A DNA stretch of 63,384 nt, filler included, from Octopus bimaculoides (taxonomy: Eukaryota), in assembly GCF_001194135.2 (NCBI RefSeq). It is 5 parts of 5 records of this genome, joined end to end, with 100 filler letters (N's around TTAATTAATTAA, not from the genome) between each part and the next. Parts side by side here need not be neighbours in the genome. Positions count along the whole stretch, not along the records: positions 33,546 to 60,684 come from NC_068989.1; 4 more parts are not named here. One strand, written 5' to 3'. A model generated the notes under the pieces. That model was not told where the DNA came from and did not search any database. It was given only the letters and a program-made list of their open reading frames with translations. Shown piece by piece: positions 40,276-52,312 of the stretch. Position numbers and translations under genes: made by a program. Position 1 is the first letter of the stretch. Every line of letters begins with the position of its first letter.

Positions 40276-40331
<56 letters not shown>
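40276..40331. repeat. (TC)n microsatellite
   Basis: Directly visible. Confidence 0.98.
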
Positions 40332-40334
<3 letters not shown>

Positions 40335-42071
40335 ATTATGCTGGTTCTGATTTCTCCCTACCGTGATTATAGATTAAAGAAACATAGGAAATTTAAAGTG
40401 AACGTTTTTAAAATTTATTCCATGATTTTCCTTTTTGGCAATGACGTGTTTCTGTTTAGTGCAAACGTAAATTCAACAAAGTAATAAATATTCCATTTCA
40501 CACACCTCCACAGAAATAGTGAACACATAGTNNNNNNNNNNNNNNNNNNNNNNNNNNNNNNNNNNNNNNNNNNNNNNNNNNNNNNNNNNNNNNNNNNNNN
40601 NNNNNNNNNNNNNNNNNNNNNNNNNNNNNNNNNNNNNNNNNNNNNNNNNNNNNNNNNNNNNNNNNNNNNNNNNNNNNNNNNNNNNNNNNNNNNNNNNNNN
40701 NNNNNNNNNNNNNNNNNNNNNNNNNNNNNNNNNNNNNNNNNNNNNNNNNNNNNNNNNNNNNNNNNNNNNNNNNNNNNNNNNNNNNNNNNNNNNNNNNNNN
40801 NNNNNNNNNNNNNNNNNNNNNNNNNNNNNNNNNNNNNNNNNNNNNNNNNNNNNNNNNNNNNNNNNNNNNNNNNNNNNNNNNNNNNNNNNNNNNNNNNNNN
40901 NNNNNNNNNNNNNNNNNNNNNNNNNNNNNNNNNNNNNNNNNNNNNNNNNNNNNNNNNNNNNNNNNNNNNNNNNNNNNNNNNNNNNNNNNNNNNNNNNNNN
41001 NNNNNNNNNNNNNNNNNNNNNNNNNNNNNNNNNNNNNNNNNNNNNNNNNNNNNNNNNNNNNNNNNNNNNNNNNNNNNNNNNNNNNNNNNNNNNNNNNNNN
41101 NNNNNNNNNNNNNNNNNNNNNNNNNNNNNNNNNNNNNNNNNNNNNNNNNNNNNNNNNNNNNNNNNNNNNNNNNNNNNNNNNNNNNNNNNNNNNNNNNNNN
41201 NNNNNNNNNNNNNNNNNNNNNNNNNNNNNNNNNNNNNNNNNNNNNNNATATTGTGATTTCTTTCAAATGTCACGGAAACATTGTCTACTTGGTAACTAAG
41301 TTTCACACATTCTCAAAGGAAATGAATTTAGTTAACTCTTAACATATTCTTTGGCTTTCAATCACAGCTAAACTTTGAAAAGTTCAATATTCTCAGATTC
41401 GAAAACAAGATTAATTAAATGAAATTTAATTAGAAATATTCCAAATATCTATGTGTCAGATTTTATTCTTTTAAAACAAAAACTGAAGTTCGTTGCTTTC
41501 ATAATTTTATTATTCACCTTCAAAAAATATTCGTAGTACAACTTAACCCCCCCCCCCATAATATCACACACTTACACGCACCCACGCACACGCACAAAGA
41601 AATATACACAGACGGACGCACACAAAGAAAAACGCCCAAACAGTGGCACACAAACAGACACAGATGTGGATTTCGATTAATGGGTATCCAGATGTTCGAT
41701 TAATTAGATAATTAGCTTACTGCAAAGTGGATGAGTATTTCAGAAACTTGAATGCCATTTAAGGTAATTCTCAGATAAAATGAGAATGACACATGCACAC
41801 ACTACATGCATATATACATACGTACATACTTACATCCTTACACATTTATGTGTGTATGTATAGACATATAGATAGAGGGTGAAAGAGAGAGGGTACAAAC
41901 AGACAAGAGAATCTGCATGGTAGCCTCTACAAGTTGACAGAAATTTTGACCCTCAAATTACAAATCCCATCCTTATCTTTTTTTAAAGTTCAGTTGGAAG
42001 AGCGCAAGACTAAAGATATAAAAGGTCCTGGTGAAACTCGCATTTCGACATCCCATGACTGATGTTTGTTT

Positions 42072-42445
42072 ATAGGTGCAGGTATGGCAGTGTGGTTAAG
42101 GAGTCCTCTTCGAAACCATGTGGTTTCGAGTTCAACTCCACGCAACACCTTGGGAAAGTATATCTACTATAGCCCCGGACTGACCAATGTCTTATGAGTG
42201 AATTTGGTTGACGAAACCTAAGGAGAAGCACGTCATGTGTGTGTGTATCTGTGTTTATCTCCTCACCATTTGACAACCGGTGTTGGTTTGTTTACGTCCC
42301 TGTAACTTAACGGTTTGAGGCTGATAGAATAAGTACCAGACGTTAAAAAAATAAGTACTGGCGTCGATGTGTTTGACAAAAGGCATCCCGATTGTGCTCC
42401 AGCGTGATCGCAGTCCAATGACTGAAACAAGTGAAAGATAAATGA
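42072..42445 (+). mobile_element. Degenerate family-B SINE
   Basis: Head AGGTGCAGGTATGGCAGTGTGGTTAAG, core and tail GACTGAAACAAGTGAAAGA present. Confidence 0.8.
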
Positions 42446-42659
42446 TATATCTTTTACTTGTTTGGGTATATCCAGATATACGAGAAAATGGGATAAATGA
42501 TCTAGGGCTAAAGAACGAGTACAATTGAAGGTTGGTTTCTGCTTTGAATTTTGCTTAGATCTTCCAGTCATTACATTAGCTGAGTTTATATATTTCAAAG
42601 GTGACATTTGTAAAATTCCCACTGTTCATACATACATACATACAGACAGACATACATAC

Positions 42660-42831
42660 TGTTGTGTCGACGCCCCCAGACGATGAAGTAGGCTAGCCCA
42701 ATACGTAGATGTAGAGGGAGAAGTGTAGACGTCTGGTAGTTCAGTAGAGGTCATCCGAACGTGCGATATATATCAGTGGCGACGAGGATTTCGTAGCTCA
42801 CACAGCCACTGTGTAGTATTGCGATATAACA
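42660..42831. mobile_element. 172-bp solo-LTR-like element
   Basis: Termini TGTTGTGTCG...CGATATAACA (8/10 inverted match) with CATAC on both flanks; the flanks are within (CATA)n, so the TSD is weak evidence. Internal TGGCGACGAGGAT at 42777-42789. Confidence 0.7.
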
Positions 42832-42861
42832 CATACATACATACATACATACATACATACA

Positions 42862-42944
<83 letters not shown>

Positions 42945-42946
<2 letters not shown>

Positions 42947-43250
42947 CCTCGGGCCGACCAAAGCCTTGTGAGTGGATTTGGTAGACGGAAACTGAAAGAA
43001 GCCCGTCGTATATATGTATATATATATATGTATGTATGTGTGTTTGCGTGTTTGTCCCCCCACCATCGCTTGACAACCGATGGTGGTGTGTTTACGTCCC
43101 CGTAACTTAGCGGTTCGGCAAAAGAGACCGATAGAATAAGTACTAGGCTTCCAAAGAATAAGTCCTGGGGTCGTTTTGCTCGACTAAAGGCGGTGCTCCA
43201 GCATGGCCACAGTCAAATGACTGAAACAAGTAAAAGAGTAAAAGAGTAAA
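42945..43250 (+). mobile_element. 5'-truncated, well conserved family-B SINE
   Basis: Starts at TATAGCCTCGGGCCGACC out of (TA)n and ends in (AAAGAGT)n. Confidence 0.9.
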
Positions 43251-43252
43251 TA

Positions 43253-44094
43253 TACAGGATGCGGTGAAAAATGAAAAAAAAAACTGACGTCTCATTTTAA
43301 AAGATATATTTACCAAAATTACTTTAAAATATCTTGAAATACTAAAGAGTAAATTTATTCAATAAAAACGCCATTTTGGCTTCAACCACGGCCTGCAGAC
43401 GGCTTCGGACTCTCCTGCAACTCTTCTGGGCGATCTCTCTGTTTAACTTGGTGAATGCTGCCATAATCCTTGCCTTCAGTTCCTCTTTGGTGTTACAAGG
43501 AGTTTTATTGGTCTCTCGCTCAACTGCGCCTCACACATAATAATCAAGGGAGTTGCAGTCTGGGGTTAGGAGTGATGTGGTCGTAGAAATTGTCTGACAT
43601 CCATGACCGGTTTCTCCTGCTTGTGTGGTATGGTCCAGAATCCTGTTGCCAGACATAGGTTCTTCCAGCAACCACCCTCTTGACCCAGGGCAGGACTACC
43701 TCCTCCAAGCACTTGATGTAGGCCACTGTGTTGAGTCTGAGGTCGTGTGGGAGGATGAACGGAGGCATAACGTCGCCATGACTAGGGATCACTCCAAAAA
43801 CCATGATGTTGACTGGATGTTTGATTTTCATCGCTCTTGATACATGTCCTCAGATTGACATCCAACCACTCTGAAATGTTCGTACTGGAGCTTCCGGCGC
43901 GAATGCCAAGCAGTACAGCATATCGTTTCCAAATTTCTGGCAGAGTGTATTGTGTCATGGTGCTGTTGTTCTCACAGATGATGACCAACTGACCCTACTA
44001 TGCTGTGTAGTCGACAAAATCGAAAACTAACAATGCACATACGCGAAAATTAAAGTATAAAATAGCGACAATTTACCCATCGCACCCACTTTAT
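43253..44094 (-). mobile_element. Internally deleted Tc1/mariner element, maT (DD37D)-like
   Basis: Peptides MTQYTLPEIWKRYAVLLGIRAG (N-terminus) and MKIKHPVNIMVFGV...YVWQQDSGPYHTS...PDCNPLDYYV. Imperfect CAGG.TGCG terminal repeats and TA flanks. Confidence 0.85.
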
Positions 44095-44177
44095 ATATAT
44101 ATATTATATATAATCTTTATTATCTTTAGTCGGCAGAAAGTTATTAAAGTTCAAGAGTTTCCACATGTACGTATGCG

Positions 44178-44228
<51 letters not shown>

Positions 44229-45274
44229 CTTCAAGTAAATTTTGTTAGAATAACATTATACAAAACTTGTCATCCGTTTTATTTATGTTTAGCTACCAGA
44301 TTTTATTTCCCAATAAGCCAGAAACTGCCACATGTGGATAATAGACTACCGCTAGGTGCGTTCTCCAACCCACCACACACTGAGCGAGCGCAAAGCTTTG
44401 GACATATACTTTCTCTATACCTCTCTCCCATACACATTAGGTATTTATAGGAATATGCAGATTTGTCATTCGATGGTCTCTTTCAAGGAAATGGTTCTTA
44501 TTCATAGATAAACAATAAAATAAAATCAGTCCTCTGTTTATTGTGATGTATACTATCTTTAGTTTCTGTAACGATAAGCAGATGAAAGATAAAGCCATCT
44601 TTGATTATATACTAATCTATCAAGTGTTATCGTACGGACTAATTCCTATTTTACAGCAATGATTGAAGTTAAAGCATTAAAATCTTTAATCGCGTACTGG
44701 CTGCAAAATCTAAATGTCAAACATTGGCGCCATAAAAAATATTTCCTTATCCTCAGGTTAGCTGAAGATAGGAAAAAAATAAAGCGTAGTGGATAACTTA
44801 AGAGACTACAGTGATTATAAGAATAACGAATATATTGATGTATTCGAATGGGCAGAAGATGTACAAAGGAAGGAATACTGTAATCACTCAGGATTAAGGA
44901 GATTACTATATATATATATATATATATATNNNNNNNNNNNNNNNNNNNNNNNNNNNNNNNNNNNNNNNNNNNNNNNNNNNNNNNNNNNNNNNNNNNNNNN
45001 NNNNNNNNNNNNNNNNNNNNNNNTATATAATGAGAACGAAAGCCTACCTGTTCACTGGCCCTTTACGTTATTTCCTTTGTATATATTTCTTTAGAGTTTT
45101 AAATACAATATTTTCACAAAGATTTAGAAGACTTCATAAAAGATCAAAGCGTTTAGATTTGACTAGAAGACATTAAATTTTACGTCTTTGTAGACAGATT
45201 GTAGCCATTAAACACACAGACAATACATACACACATACGCACACACACTGAGATTCCACTCTATTATTATTTTC

Positions 45275-45520
45275 TAGTATTCTTTTATTCTTTTACTTGT
45301 TTCAGTCATCTGACTGCAGCCATGCTGGAGCACCGCCTTGGGGGTGTTAGTTAAGAAACCGATCCTAGTGCTTTTTTTTATCGGCCTCTTTTGCTGAACC
45401 GCTAAGTTAATGAGACATAAACACACCAGCATCGATTGTCAAGTGATGGCGGGGAGGGGGAACAAATACAGACACACACACACAAATATATACATATATA
45501 TGCATGTATGCATGTATATA

Positions 45521-45556
<36 letters not shown>

Positions 45557-45566
45557 TGTATGTATG

Positions 45567-45640
<74 letters not shown>

Positions 45641-46240
45641 NNNNNNNNNNNNNNNNNNNNNNNNNNNNNNNNNNNNNNNNNNNNNNNNNNNNNNNNNNNN
45701 NNNNNNNNNNNNNNNNNNNNNNNNNNNNNNNNNNNNNNNNNNNNNNNNNNNNNNNNNNNNNNNNNNNNNNNNNNNNNNNNNNNNNNNNNNNNNNNNNNNN
45801 NNNNNNNNNNNNNNNNNNNNNNNNNNNNNNNNNNNNNNNNNNNNNNNNNNNNNNNNNNNNNNNNNNNNNNNNNNNNNNNNNNNNNNNNNNNNNNNNNNNN
45901 NNNNNNNNNNNNNNNNNNNNNNNNNNNNNNNNNNNNNNNNNNNNNNNNNNNNNNNNNNNNNNNNNNNNNNNNNNNNNNNNNNNNNNNNNNNNNNNNNNNN
46001 NNNNNNNNNNNNNNNNNNNNNNNNNNNNNNNNNNNNTATATATATATATGTGCGTGTGTATGTATATATATATACGACGGACTTCTTTCAGTTTTCGTCT
46101 ACCAAATCGATTCACAAGGCTTTGGTCGGCCCGAGGCTGTACTAGAAGACACTTGCTCAAGGTGCCATGCAGTGGGACTGAATCCGGAACCATGTTGTTG
46201 GGAAGCAACCTTCTTACCATACAGTCACGCCTGGGCCTAG
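45275..46240 (-). mobile_element. Family-B SINE with expanded internal (TA)/(TATG)/(TATC) tract and gap
   Basis: Tail at 45275-45340, body to 45480, head half at 46070-46240. Confidence 0.85.
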
Positions 46241-48120
46241 AAATGTGAGATGCTTGCAGCACCAACGTTTCCCAAGCGGTCATCCAACTAAGTATTCACT
46301 AGGCTCGATTTTGCTTAACTTCATTGCTTAACTTTAGGTACAAGACCACCAATTTTGAGGGGCAGGAGTCTAATCGGTGACATCGATCCCAATACTTGAT
46401 TGGTACTTATTTTATCGACCCCGAAAGTAATTTTAGGGGAAGTGGTTTAGACGGTTACATCGACCTTAGTGCTTATGGTTTACCTATTTTATTGTCCCCG
46501 AAAGCATGAACAGCAAAATGGACATCGGCGGTTTGAACTCAGAACATAAAGAGCCGGAAGAAATGCCGCTAAGCATTTGCTCGACACTCAGCTGGCTGCC
46601 CTAATGACAACAAAAGCAACTAGAACAATAATAATGCATATACCGTTAAGAATCAAAGTCATCTGCTGTTCACTTGGTTACTGATATTCCCCTCTACTGA
46701 ATCTCAGGGGATGGATAATAACTACAACGAGTGTTCCAAGACACGTGATCTTAGATTAAATGACTTTCTAAACAAGTGAAACTCAAGAATATCATATTTT
46801 ATAATTGCGATAATTAAATTTCAGTGTCTTCCGTGTCGTTGTCTCTGCTAATATTTTTTAGCATCAACTTCATATTAACTACCTAAACAAGCGAAACTCG
46901 ACACTATTATATTTTATGTTTGAAATAATTAAATTTGATCGGAGACTTTCGTGCCAATGAGTCATTGGTATTTTCATATTAACAACTTTAAATTTTAAAT
47001 AACATTAAGGACCTAATATCATTTATAATTTTCTATATTCGAAGGATAAAAACATAAAAACATAAATGTATTGTTTCTAAAAAATAATTCTAGTTAAAAT
47101 TTCCAAGTAGCAAAAATAAATAAATAAATAAATAAATAAAAAATAAAAATAAAAATCATGAAAATGCTTCAAAATAAAGACAAAAACAATATACTCATAT
47201 TTTTTTTTTGTATTCGTCATTATAAAGACTTGTAACGTTGGTACAGTGCTACACATAACGAGAAGTGTTGCAATCGATGAAAGTAATGGTACTTGTTTTA
47301 TCGGCCCTGAAAAGATGAAAGGTAAAAAGAACTTCAGTTGAGTTCAGTTTATTTCCTTCAAATTATTCCATCCATTTTCTTTCTACGGATAATAACTTCT
47401 ATTGTCCGTGGTTACAGTTTGTCTGGCGTGTAAAAATTTATATATCCAGTAGCATAAAAACATTTTAGTTTTACAATTACAGAAGAAATATATTTCAGTG
47501 GAAAATAAAGAAAACTTTCATTTCCCACTTCGTTGTTTGTTGACTGAATTCATCATGAAAATACTACTTTATGTGATTAGAGACTTGACAAAACTAACAC
47601 CTCTTAGTTAGATATTTCCATTTCCTGAAACTTAACACAATATCTTACGTTTAATAGTAATTAGTTTTATTTCTTTTCCTTGTAGGTGGCTATAGCGAAC
47701 ACAGGAAAAACATTTTATTAGTTGACATAGCAACGGTCATTGAAAGTAATAGCCATCATAGAGATAGATTTCTTGCAGAAGAATACTTGATTCGCTAAAT
47801 AATGAACATTAGTCGTCATCAGAACTAAATGTTTCTGCAACAGAGCAAAACATTTGCAAGAAACAGGAAAAAGCCTCTAAAACGTGAGTAGAATACTCTA
47901 ATAAATTGAAGGTGAGATATAGTATTTATATTGATTTATTACAAATTCGATTTCTGGTCATTACACAAAGGTATCTATTGACAAATTTATTTATTTACTT
48001 CTGAAGTAAATCTAAAAGTTTCCCATAAAATGTACCCCAATAACTACAGTATGCATTCCATTGTTTAAAATTCTATACCCCAATTACTTCACGAATTGTC
48101 AGTTTTGAAAAGCTGCCTTT

Positions 48121-48186
<66 letters not shown>

Positions 48187-48353
48187 CACACCTCATTGTT
48201 CATCTAGTACTTATTTTATCAATCCCCAAAAGTTGGAAGATAATGTCGTCCTGGGCGGTATTTGAACTTAGAACGTAAACAACTGGAAGAAATGTTCCTC
48301 AGTATTTTGTTCAACGCTCTAACGATCCTGCTAAAAGATCCCCTTTTTTGACA

Positions 48354-48906
48354 ACTGGTAATTTATTTTATCGACACCAGTAAGATGAAAGCAAAGTTGA
48401 TCTCGGTAGGATTTAGCACCGATAAAATATCGATTTGTAGTATACGACTAAATTTGGAGAAGTTACAAAATAGAAACCGCACCTGTTCTTGACTTTTATT
48501 CAACTACAGAAGGATGAAAGGCAAAGGTATAATGACGATTAAATCAGAGCAAAAAGAACTATTACTAAATATGGTAAAACATTTTCTCCGACGCGCTAGC
48601 GATTCTGTGGAATGCCAATATTATTGACCAATTCCTGCTACTAGGTCATTGTTCCCATCTAATAAATTAATATTTTCATTAATGAAAATGATATTTGTCT
48701 AATTACTTCATATCTCTCGGGGGTTCTTCCAGTGAATGGCACTTTCGCTTTTTGCTTTTGTCTTTTTTATTCGCAGCATAACTCCAGAATTCTTTCAATG
48801 TATTTCTCGTTTGCCATGTTACATAATTTTGTTCAGTTAACCATATTGTTGCGCTAGCCTACTTTGTCGTGTTACACTGGTTTATAATGTTATACTAACA
48901 ACATCA
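48354..48906. repeat. Diverged direct duplication, copy 1
   Basis: Colinear with 51715-52312, sharing for example CTAAATATGGTAAAACATTTTCT and TTTTGCTTTTGTCTTTTTTATTCGCA.CATAA..CCAGAATTCTTTCAATG. Confidence 0.9.
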
Positions 48907-49068
48907 ACGATAATAATGCATATCTCGTTAGATATCAGTCTTTTGTCATTGCTCTGATTACCGATACTCATTTTTACTGAATCCCTTTACTGAATATATA
49001 AATAATACTCAATACCTTTGTTGAGGTTAATAATATATTTTATTTTGATCGAATTAGTCACTTGTTAC

Positions 49069-49160
49069 TCAGAGTTTCGCCTGTAGGTACCCAGGATTTT
49101 ACTGGCAATATGTGCCATAATTTGCCTGCAGATTCTCTGTACCAACAGGTGAAACTCTGA
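49069..49160. other. 92-nt imperfect hairpin (inverted repeat)
   Basis: Arms TCAGAGTTTCGCCTGTAGGTAC and GTACCAACAGGTGAAACTCTGA pair at 20/22 positions. The inner segments GGATTTTACTGGCAAT and ATTTGCCTGCAGATTC also pair partly. Confidence 0.8.
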
Positions 49161-49184
49161 ATACGAAGAGACTGACTGAACCAA

Positions 49185-49337
49185 ATTATAATATAATATA
49201 GTAATACAATACAACACAACAAAGTACAATATAATATAATATATATTATAATATAATATGATGTATAATATAATATAATATAATATAATATAATATAATA
49301 TAATATATTATATAATATATAATATGATATAATATAT

Positions 49338-49378
<41 letters not shown>
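49185..49378. repeat. (TATAA)n/(TA)n low-complexity tract
   Basis: Directly visible. Confidence 0.9.
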
Positions 49379-50039
49379 NNNNNNNNNNNNNNNNNNNNNN
49401 NNNNNNNNNNNNNNNNNNNNNNNNNNNNNNNNNNNNNNNNNNNNNNNNNNNNNNNNNNNNNNNNNNNNNNNNNNNNNNNNNNNNNNNNNNNNNNNNNNNN
49501 NNNNNNNNNNNNNNNNNNNNNNNNNNNNNNNNNNNNNNNNNNNNNNNNNNNNNNNNNNNNNNNNNNNNNNNNNNNNNNNNNNNNNNNNNNNNNNNNNNNN
49601 NNNNNNNNNNNNNNNNNNNNNNNNNNNNNNNNNNNNNNNNNNNNNNNNNNNNNNNNNNNNNNNNNNNNNNNNNNNNNNNNNNNNNNNNNNNNNNNNNNNN
49701 NNNNNNNNNNNNNNNNNNNNNNNNNNNNNNNNNNNNNNNNNNNNNNNNNNNNNNNNNNNNNNNNNNNNNNNNNNNNNNNNNNNNNNNNNNNNNNNNNNNN
49801 NNNNNNNNNNNNNNNNNNNNNNNNNNNNNNNNNNNNNNNNNNNNNNNNNNNNNNNNNNNNNNNNNNNNNNNNNNNNNNNNNNNNNNNNNNNNNNNNNNNN
49901 NNNNNNNNNNNNNNNNNNNNNNNNNNNNNNNNNNNNNNNNNNNNNNNNNNNNNNNNNNNNNNNNNNNNNNNNNNNNNNNNNNNNNNNNNNNNTATACCAT
50001 CACACAATAAAAGTATTTCAAAAATCAAAAAGATATCTA

Positions 50040-50770
50040 CTAGATTATGACTGGAAGATAACTGTTTTCTCAAAGTGGTCGCCTTCGGCTTTCACCACAG
50101 ACAGCTTTGGGACGGTACCGGAACCTAGCGTATGCCTTCCTTACTGTATCTCTGGGAAGGTCTATGATCACCTTGATCTTGGTCACCACGTCGGCCTTGC
50201 TATTGCAGGCAGACCAGTTGGTGTCTTTCTCAGCCGTACCTCATTCATAGTAATCTATAGGATTGATAATCAGGGTAATTACGAAGCCAGAAATTGGGGC
50301 TGGTGAAGTCGTAGAAATTCTCCGACAACATCTTCTGACTCTTTCCGGATGTATAACAAGGAGCCTAATCCTACTGCCACACATATGGCTTTCCAGCAGC
50401 AATCCTCTCCAGCCAGGATTTGACCATAATCTCCAACAGCTTCACTTAGTCGTTTGAATTTAGCCTAAAGCCCTTTTCAAAAGTGTGGGGTGTTGTATGC
50501 CTCAACCTGACTGGAGACACACCCAAGGACTGCCACAGTTTGAGGAAACTTGGTTTTATGATGTCCATGTCACGTCTAACACCCTTTACGGTGTTTACAG
50601 AGCATTGGGCAGCAGTCATGATGTCAGTATTTGATAGCAGGCGCGGACCATCATGATGAAGGCAATTCTTAACCAATACTCAGATGACTTCCAGTCGTCC
50701 ATGTCAGCTAACTTTTCCTGGACTAAAACTTTCATTTTTATGTTCCCCAATGGTGTTAACTATTCACCAA
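50040..50770 (-). mobile_element. Second internally deleted maT (DD37D)-like element, different subfamily, degenerate
   Basis: Reverse-complement peptides TKFPQTVAVLGCVSS, GFRLNSND*VKLLEIMVKSWLERIAAGKPYVWQ*D*APCYTSGKSQK and SENFYDFTSPNFW. Confidence 0.8.
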
Positions 50771-51009
50771 TATATTAAGCCGTTCTTGAAAAAAGGAGAC
50801 ATATAATTCGTCAAGTTTAGTCCGAACACATCGTATATATATTTATATCTCTACATAAAAATCAGTATATTTTCTTTCGCAGAAGCTATGACATGGCGGA
50901 AACAATGGATTAAATGATTTAGTAGTCTTATTCTTTGTTTCGAGTACAAACAGAAAGGAGTATTATATCTTTGCATTCTCGTTTCTCAGTTCGATTCCAG
51001 GCAGTGGCT

Positions 51010-51066
<57 letters not shown>

Positions 51067-51248
51067 TCAAAAAATATCTTAGGAATGAGAACCCAGGTTT
51101 GATATTTCCCTGAGACACCTGATGAAGGGTGGAGCGTATATCAGCCGAAACGTTGTGTTAACAACAAACAAGTTGAGGACAAATATCCGTCAAATGTAAA
51201 CAATGTAAATAATGTACATAATTCCCCATCTCTTAAATATAGAACTCA
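51010..51248 (+). mobile_element. Short (AAT)n-associated repeat carrying a hammerhead motif (Penelope-like or retrozyme-like)
   Basis: Follows (AAT)n and contains the hammerhead below. Classification is inferred. Confidence 0.5.
51114..51159 (+). ncRNA. Minimal type I hammerhead ribozyme motif
   Basis: GACAC-CTGATGA-A-GGGTG-gagcgtatat-CAGCC-GAAA-CGTT-GTGTT. Stem I gacac/gtgtt, stem II 4/5 paired, palindromic ACGT helix III, cleavage after GUU (51154). Confidence 0.8.
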
Positions 51249-51348
51249 TAATCTAAAGTCGGAAGAAATGCCGATAAGCATTTTGTCGCCGAGGTAACGA
51301 TTCAGTCAGCTTCCAGCATTAAGTAGTGATAAAATATTGATATTATTT

Positions 51349-51657
51349 TGTTGTAGTGAAAATGGTACACCCCTTCCCGCGTGACAAGTGGTATGAATGA
51401 GCCATTATAAAATTAGGCAGTCGAGATCAGTAGTAGTAGACTCGTTGTACGAGTCAGTGACAATTACGTGATATACACGAGTTCGAGTTACCGTCAAGGT
51501 AGACGTTTCAAAATCGTTGTCTTGCGGAGCTATCAGTGATAGCACGATAGACGAGTCAAAGATAAGGCGCGGAATACCGCCACATCATATTAGTGGCAAC
51601 AAGAATATTACAGCGCCGAGAACAACATAGAAGTGGACGAGGATCCATATTATAACA
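51349..51657. mobile_element. 309-bp solo-LTR-like element with 5-bp TSD
   Basis: Termini TGTTGTAGTG...TATTATAACA, exact TSD TATTT (51344-51348 and 51658-51662), GC-richer than the flanks. Confidence 0.85.
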
Positions 51658-51714
51658 TATTTTCAGTAGACAAAAGAGGAAGGACATAGTCGACTATATT
51701 GGTCTCAGTACTTG

Positions 51715-52312
51715 ACTGGTAATTTATTTTATCGACCCCAGTGGAATGAAAGGAAAATTGATCTTGGTAGGATAAAATATCGATTTCTAGCACACAAGAC
51801 GTCAAATGTTGGGGAAAGAGGTTAAATAATTAAATCGACCCCTTTCAAACAATTTTATCTATTCCAGAAGGATGAAAGGCAAAGGTGTAATACTTTGATC
51901 TTAGTCAAAAGGTCGAGAAGCGATAGACAAAGGTATAATGAAGTTGAACTCAGAGCAAAAAGAACCACTACTAAATATGGTAAAACATTTTCTTCGACGC
52001 TCTAGCGATTCTGTGAAGCGCCAATATTATCGACCAATATAGTTGAGTAAATCCATCTTTTTCTTTTACTATGTTATTGTTCACATTTAATAAATTAATA
52101 TTTTCTAATTAATTCATGTCCCTCGAGGTTTCTTCCTGAGAATGGCGCTTTGGTTTTTTGCTTTTGTCTTTTTTATTCGCAACATAATCCCAGAATTCTT
52201 TCAATGTTTTCCTAGTTTGCTCGTGTTACCGTTTTGTTCAGACAACCATATTGTTGTGCAAGCCCACTCTATCGTGTTACATTGGTTTGTAATGTTATAT
52301 AATATTACGTCA
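51715..52312. repeat. Diverged direct duplication, copy 2
   Basis: Colinear with 48354-48906. Confidence 0.9.
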
